A stretch of 64,000 nt of DNA, from assembly GCA_963662405.2 (NCBI GenBank), contig CAXXKT010000002.1, positions 352,001 through 416,000 of the forward strand. Direction: 5' to 3'. Shown one piece after another: positions 10,250 through 21,668 of this stretch. The first letter of the stretch is position 1; each line of letters begins with the position of its first letter. The notes under the pieces were generated by a model, which was not told the DNA's origin, made no database searches, and saw nothing but the letters and a program-made list of their open reading frames with translations. The position numbers and the translations under genes were made by a program. Origin of the DNA: Syntrophales bacterium. Its GTDB lineage: Bacteria > Desulfobacterota > Syntrophia > Syntrophales > UBA2210.

Positions 10250-11990
10250 CCTTCTGATTCCCGCATTCATATTCTTCATCGGCGCCCTGATCCTCCTCGC
10301 CGTCAGAGGAAAAGCGAAACAGCTCCTCATCCTCGCCATACCCGTAATCGGTTTTCTGTTCATCGCCCGGCTCAGTCCCGAGGCGACACTGACGCTTCCC
10401 TTCCTGCAGTATGAACTGAACCCGCTCCATGTGGACAAGCTCAGCAAGGTGTTCGGCTATATATTCTGCATCGCGGCCTTCGGGAGTTTCCTCTTCGCCC
10501 TCCACATCGAGGGAAAGCTGGAACATCTCTCAGCCCTCGTCTATGTCGGGAGCGCCCTGGGGGTGGTCTTCGCGGGTGACTTCTTCACCCTGTACATCTT
10601 CTGGGAGTTCATGGCCGTCGCGTCCGTGATGCTGATCTGGGCACGCAAGACCAAGCGGGCACTGGACGCCGGCTACCGGTACGTCCTCGTCCACATTGTA
10701 GGGGGGCTGATCCTCCTGGCAGGGATCCTGCTCCACGTCCACGAGACCGGTTCTCTGGAGGTCGGACGGATACAGACACAGAACATCTCGTCCTGGCTGA
10801 TCCTGATCGGCTTCATGCTGAACGCTGCGGTTCCTCCCCTCTCCGCGTGGCTCTCCGACGCCTACCCGGAAGGAACGGCCACCGGGAGTGTCTTCCTGAG
10901 CGCCTTTACCACCAAGACCGCCGTCTACACGATGATCCGCGTCTTCCCCGGGTGGGAGATCCTGATCTGGCTGGGGGCCATGATGACGATCTATGGGATT
11001 ATCTACGCCATCATGGAGAACGACAGCCGGAAGATCCTCGCCTACAGCATCATCAACCAGGTCGGCTTCATGGTCTGCGGGATCGGGATCGGGACGGCCA
11101 TGGCGATCAACGGCGCCGCGGCGCACGCCTTCGCCCACATTATCTATAAGGGGCTCCTCTGGATGTCGGCGGGATCGGTCCTCTACATGACGGGAAAGAC
11201 CAAGTGCACCGACCTGGGGGGACTGTACAAGACGATGCCCCTGACACTGATCTGCTGCTGCATAGCGGCCGCCTCGATCTCCGCCTTCCCGCTGACGAGC
11301 GGATTCACGACCAAGACGATGATCCTTCAGGCCGCCACCAGCCAGCACCTGACCATCATCTACTTCATGCTTGAGGCGGCCTCCGCTGGCGTCTTCCTGC
11401 ACGCGGGGATCAAATTCCCCTACTTCGTCTTCTTCGCCAAGGACAAGGGGCTCAGGGTATCGGATCCGAAATGGAACATGCAGTGGGCGATGGTCTTCTT
11501 CGCCTTCCTGTGCATCGCGATCGGCGTCTATCCCGAGCCGCTCTATAAGATCCTCCCCTACCCCGTGGAATACCACGCCTATACCGGGCTTCACGTGGTG
11601 CGGATGCTGCAGCTGCTCTTCTTCTCGGGGCTGGCCTTCTTCGTCTTCCTGAAGCTGCTGAAACGAACGGAGACGATCACCATCGACACGGACTGGATAT
11701 ACCGCAAGGGGTCACGGCTCGTGGTAAATGTCGTAACGGGGATAGCCGCCGGGATCGCCAGGCTGGGAGAATATCTCTTCATACAGCAACTCCCCCGCCT
11801 CCTTGCCGCCTTCGTCAAGCGGCCGATCGGGATCTTTATGGACGCCTACCGGAGACTCGGCGGGGCGAAGACCGGCGGAACCGCTGCGGAACCGGAGCTT
11901 GCCACGATTATCCCCGCGGGGGTCCCGGTCCTCTTCGCCGTCGGGTTTCTGTTCGTCCTCGCCTTTGTCTTTACGATGGTTTTCAAATAG
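10239..11990 (+). CDS. Na+/H+ antiporter subunit D-like (MrpD/NuoM family)
   Basis: FWEFMA, WLSDAYP, AFTTKT, LAYSIINQVG. Confidence 0.88.
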   Translation: MTGSLLIPAFIFFIGALILLAVRGKAKQLLILAIPVIGFLFIARLSPEATLTLPFLQYELNPLHVDKLSKVFGYIFCIAAFGSFLFALHIEGKLEHLSALVYVGSALGVVFAGDFFTLYIFWEFMAVASVMLIWARKTKRALDAGYRYVLVHIVGGLILLAGILLHVHETGSLEVGRIQTQNISSWLILIGFMLNAAVPPLSAWLSDAYPEGTATGSVFLSAFTTKTAVYTMIRVFPGWEILIWLGAMMTIYGIIYAIMENDSRKILAYSIINQVGFMVCGIGIGTAMAINGAAAHAFAHIIYKGLLWMSAGSVLYMTGKTKCTDLGGLYKTMPLTLICCCIAAASISAFPLTSGFTTKTMILQAATSQHLTIIYFMLEAASAGVFLHAGIKFPYFVFFAKDKGLRVSDPKWNMQWAMVFFAFLCIAIGVYPEPLYKILPYPVEYHAYTGLHVVRMLQLLFFSGLAFFVFLKLLKRTETITIDTDWIYRKGSRLVVNVVTGIAAGIARLGEYLFIQQLPRLLAAFVKRPIGIFMDAYRRLGGAKTGGTAAEPELATIIPAGVPVLFAVGFLFVLAFVFTMVFK

Positions 11991-12335
11991 CTTTGCCATA
12001 TCATAATCCTCAGCACGGAAAAGCCTCAATGAGATAGCTCTCTCCGAGACTTTTCCGGCTCTATCGTCGGCCATGGTTGTCACTATCGATCTTTGGTAAT
12101 TGATCCTGTCGCGACACCTGTGGTAAAGAGCATCCGCGCAGCAAACGAGGGCATCTGCTTTTTGTATACCGTTACAACCGCTAATCGAGAGCCCCACGTT
12201 TCGGAGCCAGGACTTACCCACCCTTGCATGAGAAGTACGGTGTCTGGAAAAACTGAGACTATTATGGAACAGCACCAACCCCTGCCTGGCACCGTCCCCT
12301 TGGCACCCCATGGATCGTCAGGAGAAACAAATGAC

Positions 12336-14168
12336 ATGTATTACAAAGAGATAGCAAAACGATACCCACCGGAATATCTCGTCGCCTTTGAAACCTCAAT
12401 ACAAGAAGCAATGGCGATTCTGCAGGACAACCGGCTGGATGCCATCCTTGTCGAGGATCCCGAGGGGAACCTCTCGGGATTCGTGACTCAAGACGAACTG
12501 ATTCAGGCCTATCGCACGGGTCTACCGGTTCACGACCCGGTGGGCAGCATCATGAATCGTTTCTTCGAGCTTATCGACGAAAACGAGCAGGTGGAACATA
12601 CCGTCTTGTCAAGGGCACCTTTTGTTGTGACAAAGAACGATGACAACGGCATCACGGGGATTGTATCCGAGAAGATCCTCTCGAAACAGCTGCTGCGATT
12701 ATCCGTGGAGAAGATAAAGAAAGAGGTAACAACAAAGAAGTTGCTACATCAGGATGCGGAGACTGATGTCGAACCCGGAGACGATGTTCCCAACAATCTT
12801 TTAGATCTGTATAACAGAATTAACAAACTGTTGTATGTAAATAAAGAACTATGGGATATCATAGAATATTCTTCCGACAGTATCTATGTGACTGATGGAA
12901 AGGGGATTACCGTATATGCCAATGATTCCTTCGAACGGATGACGGGCGCTCCTGTCAGCGATGTCATAGGGGCAAGTGTTTTTGAGATAGAGGCGAAGGG
13001 GATATACCGGCCTTCCATAAGCGCCATCGTACTGCGCGAGAAGCGACAGGTCACTCTTGTACAGCGTGGCTACAATGGCAAAGATCTGATCGTGACAGGA
13101 ACGCCTGTCTTTGATGATGCTGGCAATATCTACATGGTCATATGCAATAGCAAGGATATCGATGAACTGAGTATACTGAAAAATTACCTTTCAGATATCA
13201 AATCATCCTCGGTGCGGGTGGAAGATGCACCGAATAAGAACTCAAAGATTATATACACCAGCGAGCATATGATGGGTCTGATGAAGATGGTCAACAGGGT
13301 CACTCACGTGGATTCGACGGTGCTCCTGACAGGCGAATCCGGTACCGGGAAAGGGATGATTGCTCGATACATTCATGGGAACAGTGCCCGCGCCAACAAG
13401 AAATTGATAGAGATCAACTGCAGCGCCATCCCGGAAAGCCTCTTTGAATCGGAACTTTTCGGGTATGAGTCGGGAGCTTTCACCGGAGCCAAAGAGGGAG
13501 GCAAACCCGGCCTGATAGAAATGGCCAATCAAGGTACCCTCTTCCTCGACGAAATAGGCGATATGCCGATGCACATGCAGGTCAAGCTGCTGAAGGTGCT
13601 GCAAGACAGACAGGTCACGAGGGTTGGGTCCGTGAATCCCACCAATATCGATATCAGAATTATAGGTGCTACCAACAGGGACCTGAAACAACTGGTGGGA
13701 AAGGAACTCTTCAGGGCCGACCTCTACTACAGGCTCAATGTATTCCCCCTCCATATTGCTCCCTTACGCGAGAGGAAAGAGGACATACACATATTACTCC
13801 AACATTATCTTACCTATTACAATCAAGTGCACAATGGCAACGTCACACTGACCTATCGGGCGCAAGAAATGCTGTCCGGCTACAGTTGGCCTGGTAATGC
13901 CCGGGAACTCAATCACTATGTCGAACGATTGGTTCTCATCAAAGACGGTGTCGTCGATATCGAGCATCTAGAGATGGATTATGATACGAGCAAAACAGAA
14001 GCTGCCATAATCGTGAATAAATTATTGCCACTCAGAAAGGCCCTTGATGAAACCGAACGACAGCTGATCCATATCGCCACCGGGATCACACAAAACAGCT
14101 ACGGCGTCGCCGATCTCTTGGGAATAAGTCAGGCAAGCGCCTACCGGAAAATACAAAAACACAAATGA
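12336..14168 (+). CDS. Sigma54-dependent activator (CBS-PAS-AAA+-HTH)
   Basis: GESGTGKG, ESELFG, GAFTGA, LFLDEIG, WPGNAREL; start inferred from the GGAGA RBS. Confidence 0.9.
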   Translation: MYYKEIAKRYPPEYLVAFETSIQEAMAILQDNRLDAILVEDPEGNLSGFVTQDELIQAYRTGLPVHDPVGSIMNRFFELIDENEQVEHTVLSRAPFVVTKNDDNGITGIVSEKILSKQLLRLSVEKIKKEVTTKKLLHQDAETDVEPGDDVPNNLLDLYNRINKLLYVNKELWDIIEYSSDSIYVTDGKGITVYANDSFERMTGAPVSDVIGASVFEIEAKGIYRPSISAIVLREKRQVTLVQRGYNGKDLIVTGTPVFDDAGNIYMVICNSKDIDELSILKNYLSDIKSSSVRVEDAPNKNSKIIYTSEHMMGLMKMVNRVTHVDSTVLLTGESGTGKGMIARYIHGNSARANKKLIEINCSAIPESLFESELFGYESGAFTGAKEGGKPGLIEMANQGTLFLDEIGDMPMHMQVKLLKVLQDRQVTRVGSVNPTNIDIRIIGATNRDLKQLVGKELFRADLYYRLNVFPLHIAPLRERKEDIHILLQHYLTYYNQVHNGNVTLTYRAQEMLSGYSWPGNARELNHYVERLVLIKDGVVDIEHLEMDYDTSKTEAAIIVNKLLPLRKALDETERQLIHIATGITQNSYGVADLLGISQASAYRKIQKHK

Positions 14169-14320
14169 TTCATTTTATAATGAGATAATTCAAAAAAGAT
14201 TTAAATATTTTCTGCTAGTTGTAATATCGTAGATCCCTTTCCCATTCAAAATGTGTTTCTCAACAAGTTTTCCTTTTCACTTCCATCATAAAATTAATGT
14301 AAATTTAATGACTTATAATA

Positions 14321-14335
14321 TGGCACGATGATTGC
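14321..14335 (+). promoter_or_regulatory. Sigma54 -24/-12 promoter
   Basis: TGGCACGATGATTGC, a consensus match. Confidence 0.88.
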
Positions 14336-14385
14336 GATTTCTCACTGCATCTCAGATTCATCACCAAGAGAGGAGGTTAAAGCAC

Positions 14386-16152
14386 GTGACAATTCTTACA
14401 CTCAGCACTATCATTCTCATTATTTTAGTAATCGCCTTCATTGGCATGGGGCTGTGGTTCAAGAGACTGGTATCCACATCCGAAGATTTTCTGCTAGCCG
14501 GCAGAAACGCTCCCTTCTGGCTCATGGCAGCGGCATACCTGGGCGGCTATGTCGGCGGCGCCAGTGTATCGGGGTACGTAGCATACGGATTTAAAGGCGG
14601 GATATCTCAGATGTGGACAGCCATGTTCGTCGTCGCAGGTATCACGGTCTTTATTATCTTGTTTGCGAGGAGACTGAATTACTTCGGGCGCAAGACCGGT
14701 GCAGTTACATTGGCAGACTTTGTCTGTACACGATACGGCGAGTCCATGCGGTTGCCGATGGCGATATTCTCCATCCCCCGGCCGGCATTCCTGACGGGCA
14801 TGCAGATACTGTCCATCGCCATCGTGCTCAACGTCAACTTCGGCTGGGATATAAAGTACGGTGTATGGCTTTCCGCCATCATCATCTTGCTGTATATGAT
14901 TACCGCCGGACAGTACTCGGCCCTTATCACCCAGTGGTTCCAGAGCGTGTTGCAGTCAATCGGTATCGTGCTCTTCGCTATAATGGTTTTCAAACTGTTT
15001 CAATCACCGAATGCTGCCGTCGACGCGATATTCAAGGTGATGCCACAAGGCTCCGTCAGCCTCTGGAATGTGAGCATACCGGTATGGTCCATGTGGTTCC
15101 TAACACTCGGCCTTTTTTATCTTGTCGATCCGTGGATCTACATGTGGGCCTACATCGGGACGACCCCCCGGACCGCATCAAATGCCCAGTTGGCAATTCT
15201 GGGCGGGTCGTACTATAATGTTCTTCCCTTCATCGCGGGTCTCGCACTTGCCGCGGTGGGCGCGCTGGGGATTATGGCGGTCCCCGCCGGATTGAGCAGG
15301 GATGGTCTCTATGCATGGTTCTGCCTCAATAATATGCCGGTCGTCATCGGAACAATCGTTGTCGTCGGTCTCCTGATGACCATTATCTCCTGCGGTTCGT
15401 CTTTCGCCATGAACGGGGTCACCATATTGACCCGGGATATCTATCAGAAACTGATCAATAAGAACGCAACCGAAAAGCAATCGCTGCTCGCCAGCAGGCT
15501 CTCACTCCTCATCATCATGCTGATCGCCATCGTCAGTGCCCTGTGGCTGCCCATCCTGGTGCCTCTGTGGATCCTGGCACAGGCCATCGGTATTTCCGGA
15601 CTTTTCGCGCCGACCATATCGGCATGGTTCTGGAAACGATCCACAACAACGGGCGCCCTCGCTGCGGCATGGGGTGGAGGTATCGTCGCGCTGGCGTGGG
15701 CACTGTGGGTGTGGAGCACAACGGGAAACCCCGGTTCGCTGGTCCACGGCCTGCACGCGGCGCATGTTGGGCTTGCGGTCTCCCTCGTTCTGATGATCGT
15801 CGTATCGCTGGCAACCAAACCGGAATACGAGAAGGCACAGGTAACCAACTTCAAGACGCTGGGAGACGAAATGGTGGCAAACATCCCTGAGATCGCGACC
15901 GAAAAAGGAACGGGCATATTCGGCTGGTTGGGCGCGAAGAGCGGTGGAATCAAAGTATGCTGGACGGTTGTGGGTGTATTGTTTATCCTCCACTTTATCC
16001 TATCATTTGTCTTCCACGTCAAAGGTGCGGCACTGCTCATGACATGGGTATCGCTTATAACCGGTGTCTGCATGATCTTCCTCCTCTTCTTCCTCGGGCT
16101 GAAAGATGTCATCACTATGGTGAAAAACAGCAAATCGGCGAGCAGGAATTAA
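14386..16152 (+). CDS. Sodium:solute symporter family protein
   Basis: SEDFLLAGR, TILTRDIY, many TM segments; AGGAGG + GTG start. Confidence 0.9.
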   Translation: MTILTLSTIILIILVIAFIGMGLWFKRLVSTSEDFLLAGRNAPFWLMAAAYLGGYVGGASVSGYVAYGFKGGISQMWTAMFVVAGITVFIILFARRLNYFGRKTGAVTLADFVCTRYGESMRLPMAIFSIPRPAFLTGMQILSIAIVLNVNFGWDIKYGVWLSAIIILLYMITAGQYSALITQWFQSVLQSIGIVLFAIMVFKLFQSPNAAVDAIFKVMPQGSVSLWNVSIPVWSMWFLTLGLFYLVDPWIYMWAYIGTTPRTASNAQLAILGGSYYNVLPFIAGLALAAVGALGIMAVPAGLSRDGLYAWFCLNNMPVVIGTIVVVGLLMTIISCGSSFAMNGVTILTRDIYQKLINKNATEKQSLLASRLSLLIIMLIAIVSALWLPILVPLWILAQAIGISGLFAPTISAWFWKRSTTTGALAAAWGGGIVALAWALWVWSTTGNPGSLVHGLHAAHVGLAVSLVLMIVVSLATKPEYEKAQVTNFKTLGDEMVANIPEIATEKGTGIFGWLGAKSGGIKVCWTVVGVLFILHFILSFVFHVKGAALLMTWVSLITGVCMIFLLFFLGLKDVITMVKNSKSASRN

Positions 16153-16167
16153 TAAGAGAGGCATCGT

Positions 16168-17577
16168 ATGGATAATCAAGACATCAAGGCATTCATCAGC
16201 GAGTGGATCAAAGATCATAAGCAAGAATTCTATGATATCGCTGATTTTATCTGGGAAAACCCTGAGTTGGGTCTCGAGGAATACAAGGCATCCGAAAAAT
16301 TAACGGCCGTCCTGGCAAAACACGGTTTTACCGTGGAGAGGGGGCTGGCCAGGATGCCCACATCCTTCATAGCGACATACGGAGAAAGGGGACCCGTCGC
16401 CGGTATCAATGTCGAATATGACTGCCTCCCGGGACTGTCACAACAGGCAGAATGCCCTCAGAAGGCGCCCATCATAGAGGGCGCACCGGGGCAGGGTTGT
16501 GGGCATAATCTTCTCGGAACAACGGCGGTGCTCGCGGGTGTTGCCCTGCGGTACGCCCTTGAAAGATATGAGATAGACGCCATCGTCAAGATGTTTGGAT
16601 CGCCAGCAGAAGAACAGTGTATTGGCAAGACATTCATGGGAAGGGCCGGTTTGTACAATGATGTGGACTTCTTTCTGGACTGGCACCCTTGGAACTACAA
16701 CCGAGCTGACTACGATAATTGCAACGCCTATTTTAATATCAAGTATCACTACACAGGGAAAACCGCACACGGCAATGCCCCCTGGAACGGGAGAAGCGCT
16801 CTGGACGCTGCTCTGCTGAGTGCTCATGCCATCGAGATGCTCCGAGAGCATATCGAGCCGACCTCGGCGGACGCCGCACAGACCATCAATTACAGTTTTC
16901 CAGACGTGGGACCCGGATTCCCGAGTGTTGTTCCCGACAAGACGACAATGTGGGTAATCGGTAGATTGGCAACAACGGAACAGATGATGAATATTATCTC
17001 GAGAATTGACAAATGTGCCGATGCCGGTGCACTCGCAACTGAAACAACGGTCGAGAGGGAATTGATTACGGCAACGCACGAAAAGATCCCGAATAAGACC
17101 CTTGCGGAAGTGGTTCACAGAAACTTCAAGGCAATCGGACCTCTGGTTTTCTCTCAGGAAGAGCAGAATCTTGCAAGGGAAATGCAGAAATCGGACGGTA
17201 TCGAACCGACAGGGCTGGACGAAACCTTGAAGGAGTTTGGTCCAAGCGGCACGGCTCTGTGCGATACCTCCGAATTCAGTTGGAATGCGCCCTATGCGAC
17301 CTTCTGGCTCACGCTGGCACCGGCGGGCGGCTGGCACAACTGGATGGTAACCGCCTGCGCCCGCAGCAGCATCAGTAGAAAGGTCATGGATCATGCGTCA
17401 CGAATCATCGCTTCATCCGCCATGGATATCATCACCACACCCGATATCATACAAACGGCGAAGGAAGAACTGAAGAAGAGGCTCCATGGCCGGACATATC
17501 ACTGTCTGGTTCCGCAGGAAATCAACCCTCCCTTGGGACTGAATGCGGAGATCATGAACAGATATTGCACAAAATAA
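16168..17577 (+). CDS. M20 amidohydrolase, AbgB-like
   Basis: PELGLEE, EYDCLPGL, GCGHNLLG, PAEE, DWHP, HNW. Confidence 0.85.
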   Translation: MDNQDIKAFISEWIKDHKQEFYDIADFIWENPELGLEEYKASEKLTAVLAKHGFTVERGLARMPTSFIATYGERGPVAGINVEYDCLPGLSQQAECPQKAPIIEGAPGQGCGHNLLGTTAVLAGVALRYALERYEIDAIVKMFGSPAEEQCIGKTFMGRAGLYNDVDFFLDWHPWNYNRADYDNCNAYFNIKYHYTGKTAHGNAPWNGRSALDAALLSAHAIEMLREHIEPTSADAAQTINYSFPDVGPGFPSVVPDKTTMWVIGRLATTEQMMNIISRIDKCADAGALATETTVERELITATHEKIPNKTLAEVVHRNFKAIGPLVFSQEEQNLAREMQKSDGIEPTGLDETLKEFGPSGTALCDTSEFSWNAPYATFWLTLAPAGGWHNWMVTACARSSISRKVMDHASRIIASSAMDIITTPDIIQTAKEELKKRLHGRTYHCLVPQEINPPLGLNAEIMNRYCTK

Positions 17578-17594
17578 AGACAAGAGCCCAAAGT

Positions 17595-17638
17595 CAGAGC
17601 TTCCCATGCCTGCAGGGATGGGAGGCTCTGCTCTTTTT
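17595..17638 (+). terminator. Intrinsic terminator
   Basis: CAGAGCTTCCCAT...ATGGGAGGCTCTG stem plus T run. Confidence 0.7.
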
Positions 17639-17720
17639 CCGCTGATCAAACAAGAGCGAGAGGTCTTCGCACCAGTGTCTTAAAGACTATGCGGAACGAA
17701 CAGCGGTTACATCCCGACGG

Positions 17721-18594
17721 TCACTCCAATCTCATTGACTCAATCATCTCTTTCAGGTGAGTCACCTCTTCTTCACCCGGCGTTTCTCCTTCGGGGAACC
17801 CATAGGTGATTCCTAACTGGGCACTCTTTGACCGTCCTCCCTCATGGTACGGCAGCAGGGATACCTTTCGAACGCCGATCTCTTGGCCGAGCAAGGCTAT
17901 CTTCCTGATATGCCCCTCAGGAATCATTGAACCCACGAATAAGGGGAATACGCAGCCATACCTCTTTTATCTTTGCTGCTTTCTTTAGATTTTCCAAGAT
18001 TACATCGTTTCGGACACCGGTAGCCTTTCGATGTATGTCAGAATCAAGATGTTTGATATCATAGAGGATCAAGTCAACAAACGGCAGGACCGACTCCATC
18101 TGTTTCCACTGGGCATGACCGGAGGTGTCCAGTACGGTATGTAATCCCTCTTTCTTGCACGCAGCGAGAACTGCCTGCACAAACATACCCTGTGATAACG
18201 GCTCTCCCCCCCCGATACGGTAATCCCGCCTCCCGAGTTTTTATAGAAGATTCGATCCTGCAACACCTCGTCGAGCACCTCCTTGACCGTCATGTACGTT
18301 TCGCATCGAACCAGAGAACCGTACAGGCAGCTCTCAACACAGGCCAAGCATTGATCCCATTGATCCCTGTGTATTACCCTCCCTGTTTCTCCTGAAATAG
18401 ATATGGCCTCCTGAGGGCATGCCTCCACGCAAGCGCCACACCCCTTGCAATGAATATCCCGTACCATCAGCTCAGGTATACATTTCTTGGATTCCGGGTT
18501 GGAACACCATCCAATCCAATGGACACCCCTTTATAAATACCGTTGTCCTGATGCCGGGGCCATCATTGACACTGAATTTCTGGATGTTGAAGAC
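17721..18594 (-). pseudogene. Glycyl-radical enzyme activating enzyme, frameshifted and 5'-truncated
   Basis: [25 protein letters not shown], ferredoxin insert, GGITVSGGE, LYDIKH, LLPYH spread over four ORF pieces. Confidence 0.88.
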
Positions 18595-19781
18595 TGAAGT
18601 TCCCCCAAAATGATGGACACACCGAAAAGTTAGAGATAAAGGAAGAAGGACTTGGAGGTGTGCAGTGGGAAATAAGAGAGAGGGGAGCAGTTTTGACAAA
18701 GAATTCAAGAAGGAAGTAGTCCATTTAGTTACAGGAAGAGGACGGAAGGTTTTTTAGAAGTAGCGCGGGATTTAGATATCCACCCTAATGTGATACACCG
18801 ATGGAAGCGAGAGTGTCTGGAAGACATTGAGGATGCATTTCCTGGTAAAGGGCGTATGAAACCCGAAGGAGATGAGATGCGAAAGTTAAAGAAGACGCTG
18901 GCCGATGTGACGGAGGAGCGAGACATATTAAAAAAAGTGTTGGCCATCTTTTCAAAACACCCTCGATGAAATATCAGTTCATTGACAAATACCGCTCCGT
19001 ATATCGAGTGGGAAAGATGTGCCGGATATTGCAATATAGGCCGGAGCAGTTATTACGCATGGAAGAGGCGTCGCAAGAGCATGAGAGACGAGGAAAACGA
19101 GAGTCTTGTTTTTACGATCAGGCTGGTCCATGGAAAGAGTCACAAGGCCTATGGTAGCCCCAGAATTACCGCCCAATTGCGTGCACGAGGCATCAGGTGC
19201 GGTAAGAACCGTGTTGCCCGTCTTATGCGAGAGAACGGGATAATGGCAAAGACAAAGCGCAGATTTAAGATTACCACGGATTCAAAGCACAACTTGCCAA
19301 TAGCCGAAAACCTTCTTGGGCAGGATTTTACAGCAGATGCTCCGAGTAAAACATGGACGGGCGACATTACGTATGTGTGGACAAGGCAGGGTTGGATGTA
19401 TCTTGCTGTAGCATTAGATCTATTCAATCGTGAAATCGTAGGTTGGTCCATGAAAAAGAGGATAACAAAGGATGTCGTGACAAAAGCCCTTACCATGGCC
19501 ATACAGCGAAAGAGACCGCAGAAAGGGCTGATATTTCATTCAGACCGAGAAAGTCAGTACGCAAGTCATGAATGCAGAAAGCTTCTGGGAAAGCATCATT
19601 TTATCCAGAGCATGAGTGGTAAAGGAAATTGCTATGACAATGCTGTTACGGAAAGTTTCTTCCATATATTAAAAACGGAACTCATATACGGTGAAAAATA
19701 CAAAACTCGGACAGAAGCTCGTCAGAGCATCTTCGAATACATCGAGATATTCTACAATAGAATCAGGAGTCATTCATATTT
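18595..19781 (+). mobile_element. IS3-family element, degenerate and 3'-truncated by IS5
   Basis: IRL TGAAGTTCCCCCAAAATGATGGACAC; frameshifted orfA; orfB with WTGDITY, HSDR, NAVTESFF. Confidence 0.88.
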
Positions 19782-21545
19782 AGGGCCTTCTGAAGAAGTC
19801 ATTTATCTTGACAATACAAGGTGTTACGTGTATATTTTATGTAATTGGTGCCCGAAAAATGATCGATAGGTGCCAAAAACCGTGCACGTGGATGGGACGA
19901 TGTATAGACACAATGTGAGGCAACTTTCATTCGAGGAGTTCAATCTGCCCTTCAGGGGACATTTACGGGGAGACAACCGGTGGGTCATCTTATCCACATT
20001 GATTCCATGGGAGATGGTGGAAGAGATCTATACGTCACAATTGAGTTGTGATTATGGAGCCCCGGCCCATTCGGCCCGGATGGCCTTCGGTTCCCTGTTG
20101 ATCAAGGAGCGATTGCGACTGAGCGATGAAGAGACCGTGGCCCAGATCACGGAGAACCCCTATCTCCAGTACTTCATTGGGTTGCGGGACTTCCAGAAGG
20201 ATGCCCCCTTTGATCCGTCCCAGATGGTCTATTTTCGCAGGCGTTTTCCCGCCGAGGCGGTTGATCGGATCAATGAGGCGATAGCCGCCGCCCGGATTCG
20301 GGAAGATATGGACAAGACCTCAAAAGAACATTCATCCGATGATCCCCCACCGGGAGGCGGCAGTTCCGATCGGAGCAATGAATCGGCACAATCAAAAGAA
20401 CCCAAGGTAAAGAACCAGGGCAAGCTGATCGTTGATGCCACCTGCACCCCGCCGGATGTTGCCTACCCCACCGATCTGAACCTCTTGAACAAAGCGAGGG
20501 AGAAGGCTGAGAAGATCATCGACACCCTCCATGGCGCCCGTACGGACCGGGCACCCAAGCCGCGGACCTACCGGAAGAAAGCCCGCAAGGACTACCTGGC
20601 CGTAGCAAAAGCCAAGAGACCCGGACACAAGAAGATACGCAAAGCCATTGGGCAACAACTGCGATACCTCCGTCGAGACCTGGGACACATTGACACCTTG
20701 GCGGAGCAGGTATCTCTTTCGGTACTCTCCCCCCGTCACTATCGTGATCTACTGGTCATCCATGAGGTCTACCGGCAACAGAAGGCCATGTACGAGAGCA
20801 AGACCCATCGGATTGACGATCGGATCATCAGCATCTCCCAGCCGTACCTCCGTCCGATCAAACGGGGGAAGGTAACTGCGGAAACGGAGTTCGGGGCCAA
20901 GGTATCTATCAGTCTTGTCCGGGGCTATGCCTTTACCGAGCGTATCAGCTGGGACAACTTCAACGAAGGGATTGACCTGAAGGACATCATTGATCGGTAT
21001 CATACGAGGTTCGGTACCTATCCTGAATCGGTCCACGTGGATGCGATATACCGGAATCGCGAGAACCGGCGATATTGCCGGAAATACGGGATTCGTTTAT
21101 CAGGGCCACCGCTGGGTCGTCCCCGTACAAAGACCCCGGAGAACCAGGAAGAGATGAAGGCGGTCCAGCAACTAACCAGGCAAGACGAGTTGGATCGCAT
21201 TTCGGTGGAAGGGAAGTTCGGCCAGGGGAAACGGCGATTTGGTCTTAACCGTATCATGGCAAAACTGGCAGACACCAGTGCTACGGTGATTACCCTGACC
21301 ATCCTGGTCATGAACCTGGAGAAGCTGCTCAAGGCGGCTCTTTCTCCGCTTCTTTGTATCTTTTTTCTGTGTGAGCAATCTCTTCAGCGGCAATATAGGG
21401 CGATTCTCACTGTTGAAGTGCCATTATATCATCATCTGGTGACCTTCAGGCCTGATCAGAGGTGTTGCTGTTGATGCTTGGCACAACCAGTATCACGGGT
21501 AACTTTACGGTAAAATGAGAAATATTGCTTTTTTCAGGAAACCCT
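19782..21545 (+). mobile_element. IS5-family element
   Basis: Imperfect terminal IRs AGGGCCTTCTGAAGAAG / CTTTTTTCAGGAAACCCT. Confidence 0.82.
19900..21474 (+). CDS. IS5-family transposase
   Basis: DNRWV, ENPYLQYF, VDAT, EFGAK, VEGKFGQGKR. Confidence 0.92.
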   Translation: MYRHNVRQLSFEEFNLPFRGHLRGDNRWVILSTLIPWEMVEEIYTSQLSCDYGAPAHSARMAFGSLLIKERLRLSDEETVAQITENPYLQYFIGLRDFQKDAPFDPSQMVYFRRRFPAEAVDRINEAIAAARIREDMDKTSKEHSSDDPPPGGGSSDRSNESAQSKEPKVKNQGKLIVDATCTPPDVAYPTDLNLLNKAREKAEKIIDTLHGARTDRAPKPRTYRKKARKDYLAVAKAKRPGHKKIRKAIGQQLRYLRRDLGHIDTLAEQVSLSVLSPRHYRDLLVIHEVYRQQKAMYESKTHRIDDRIISISQPYLRPIKRGKVTAETEFGAKVSISLVRGYAFTERISWDNFNEGIDLKDIIDRYHTRFGTYPESVHVDAIYRNRENRRYCRKYGIRLSGPPLGRPRTKTPENQEEMKAVQQLTRQDELDRISVEGKFGQGKRRFGLNRIMAKLADTSATVITLTILVMNLEKLLKAALSPLLCIFFLCEQSLQRQYRAILTVEVPLYHHLVTFRPDQRCCC

Positions 21546-21668
21546 AATTAGTAGGTAGGTGTAACGATTGTCAAGGCCAAATTTTAATTCAAGGCAAGCA
21601 CAGGATCCTTGAGTGTGTCACTTATATGCTGGGCCTGTTTCCACCACTGAGCAGGGATGGTATATAAT

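Noticed and set aside
17917..17919. TGA after GFNDS as selenocysteine
   Set aside because: The activase continues in another frame, so this is a frameshift, not readthrough.
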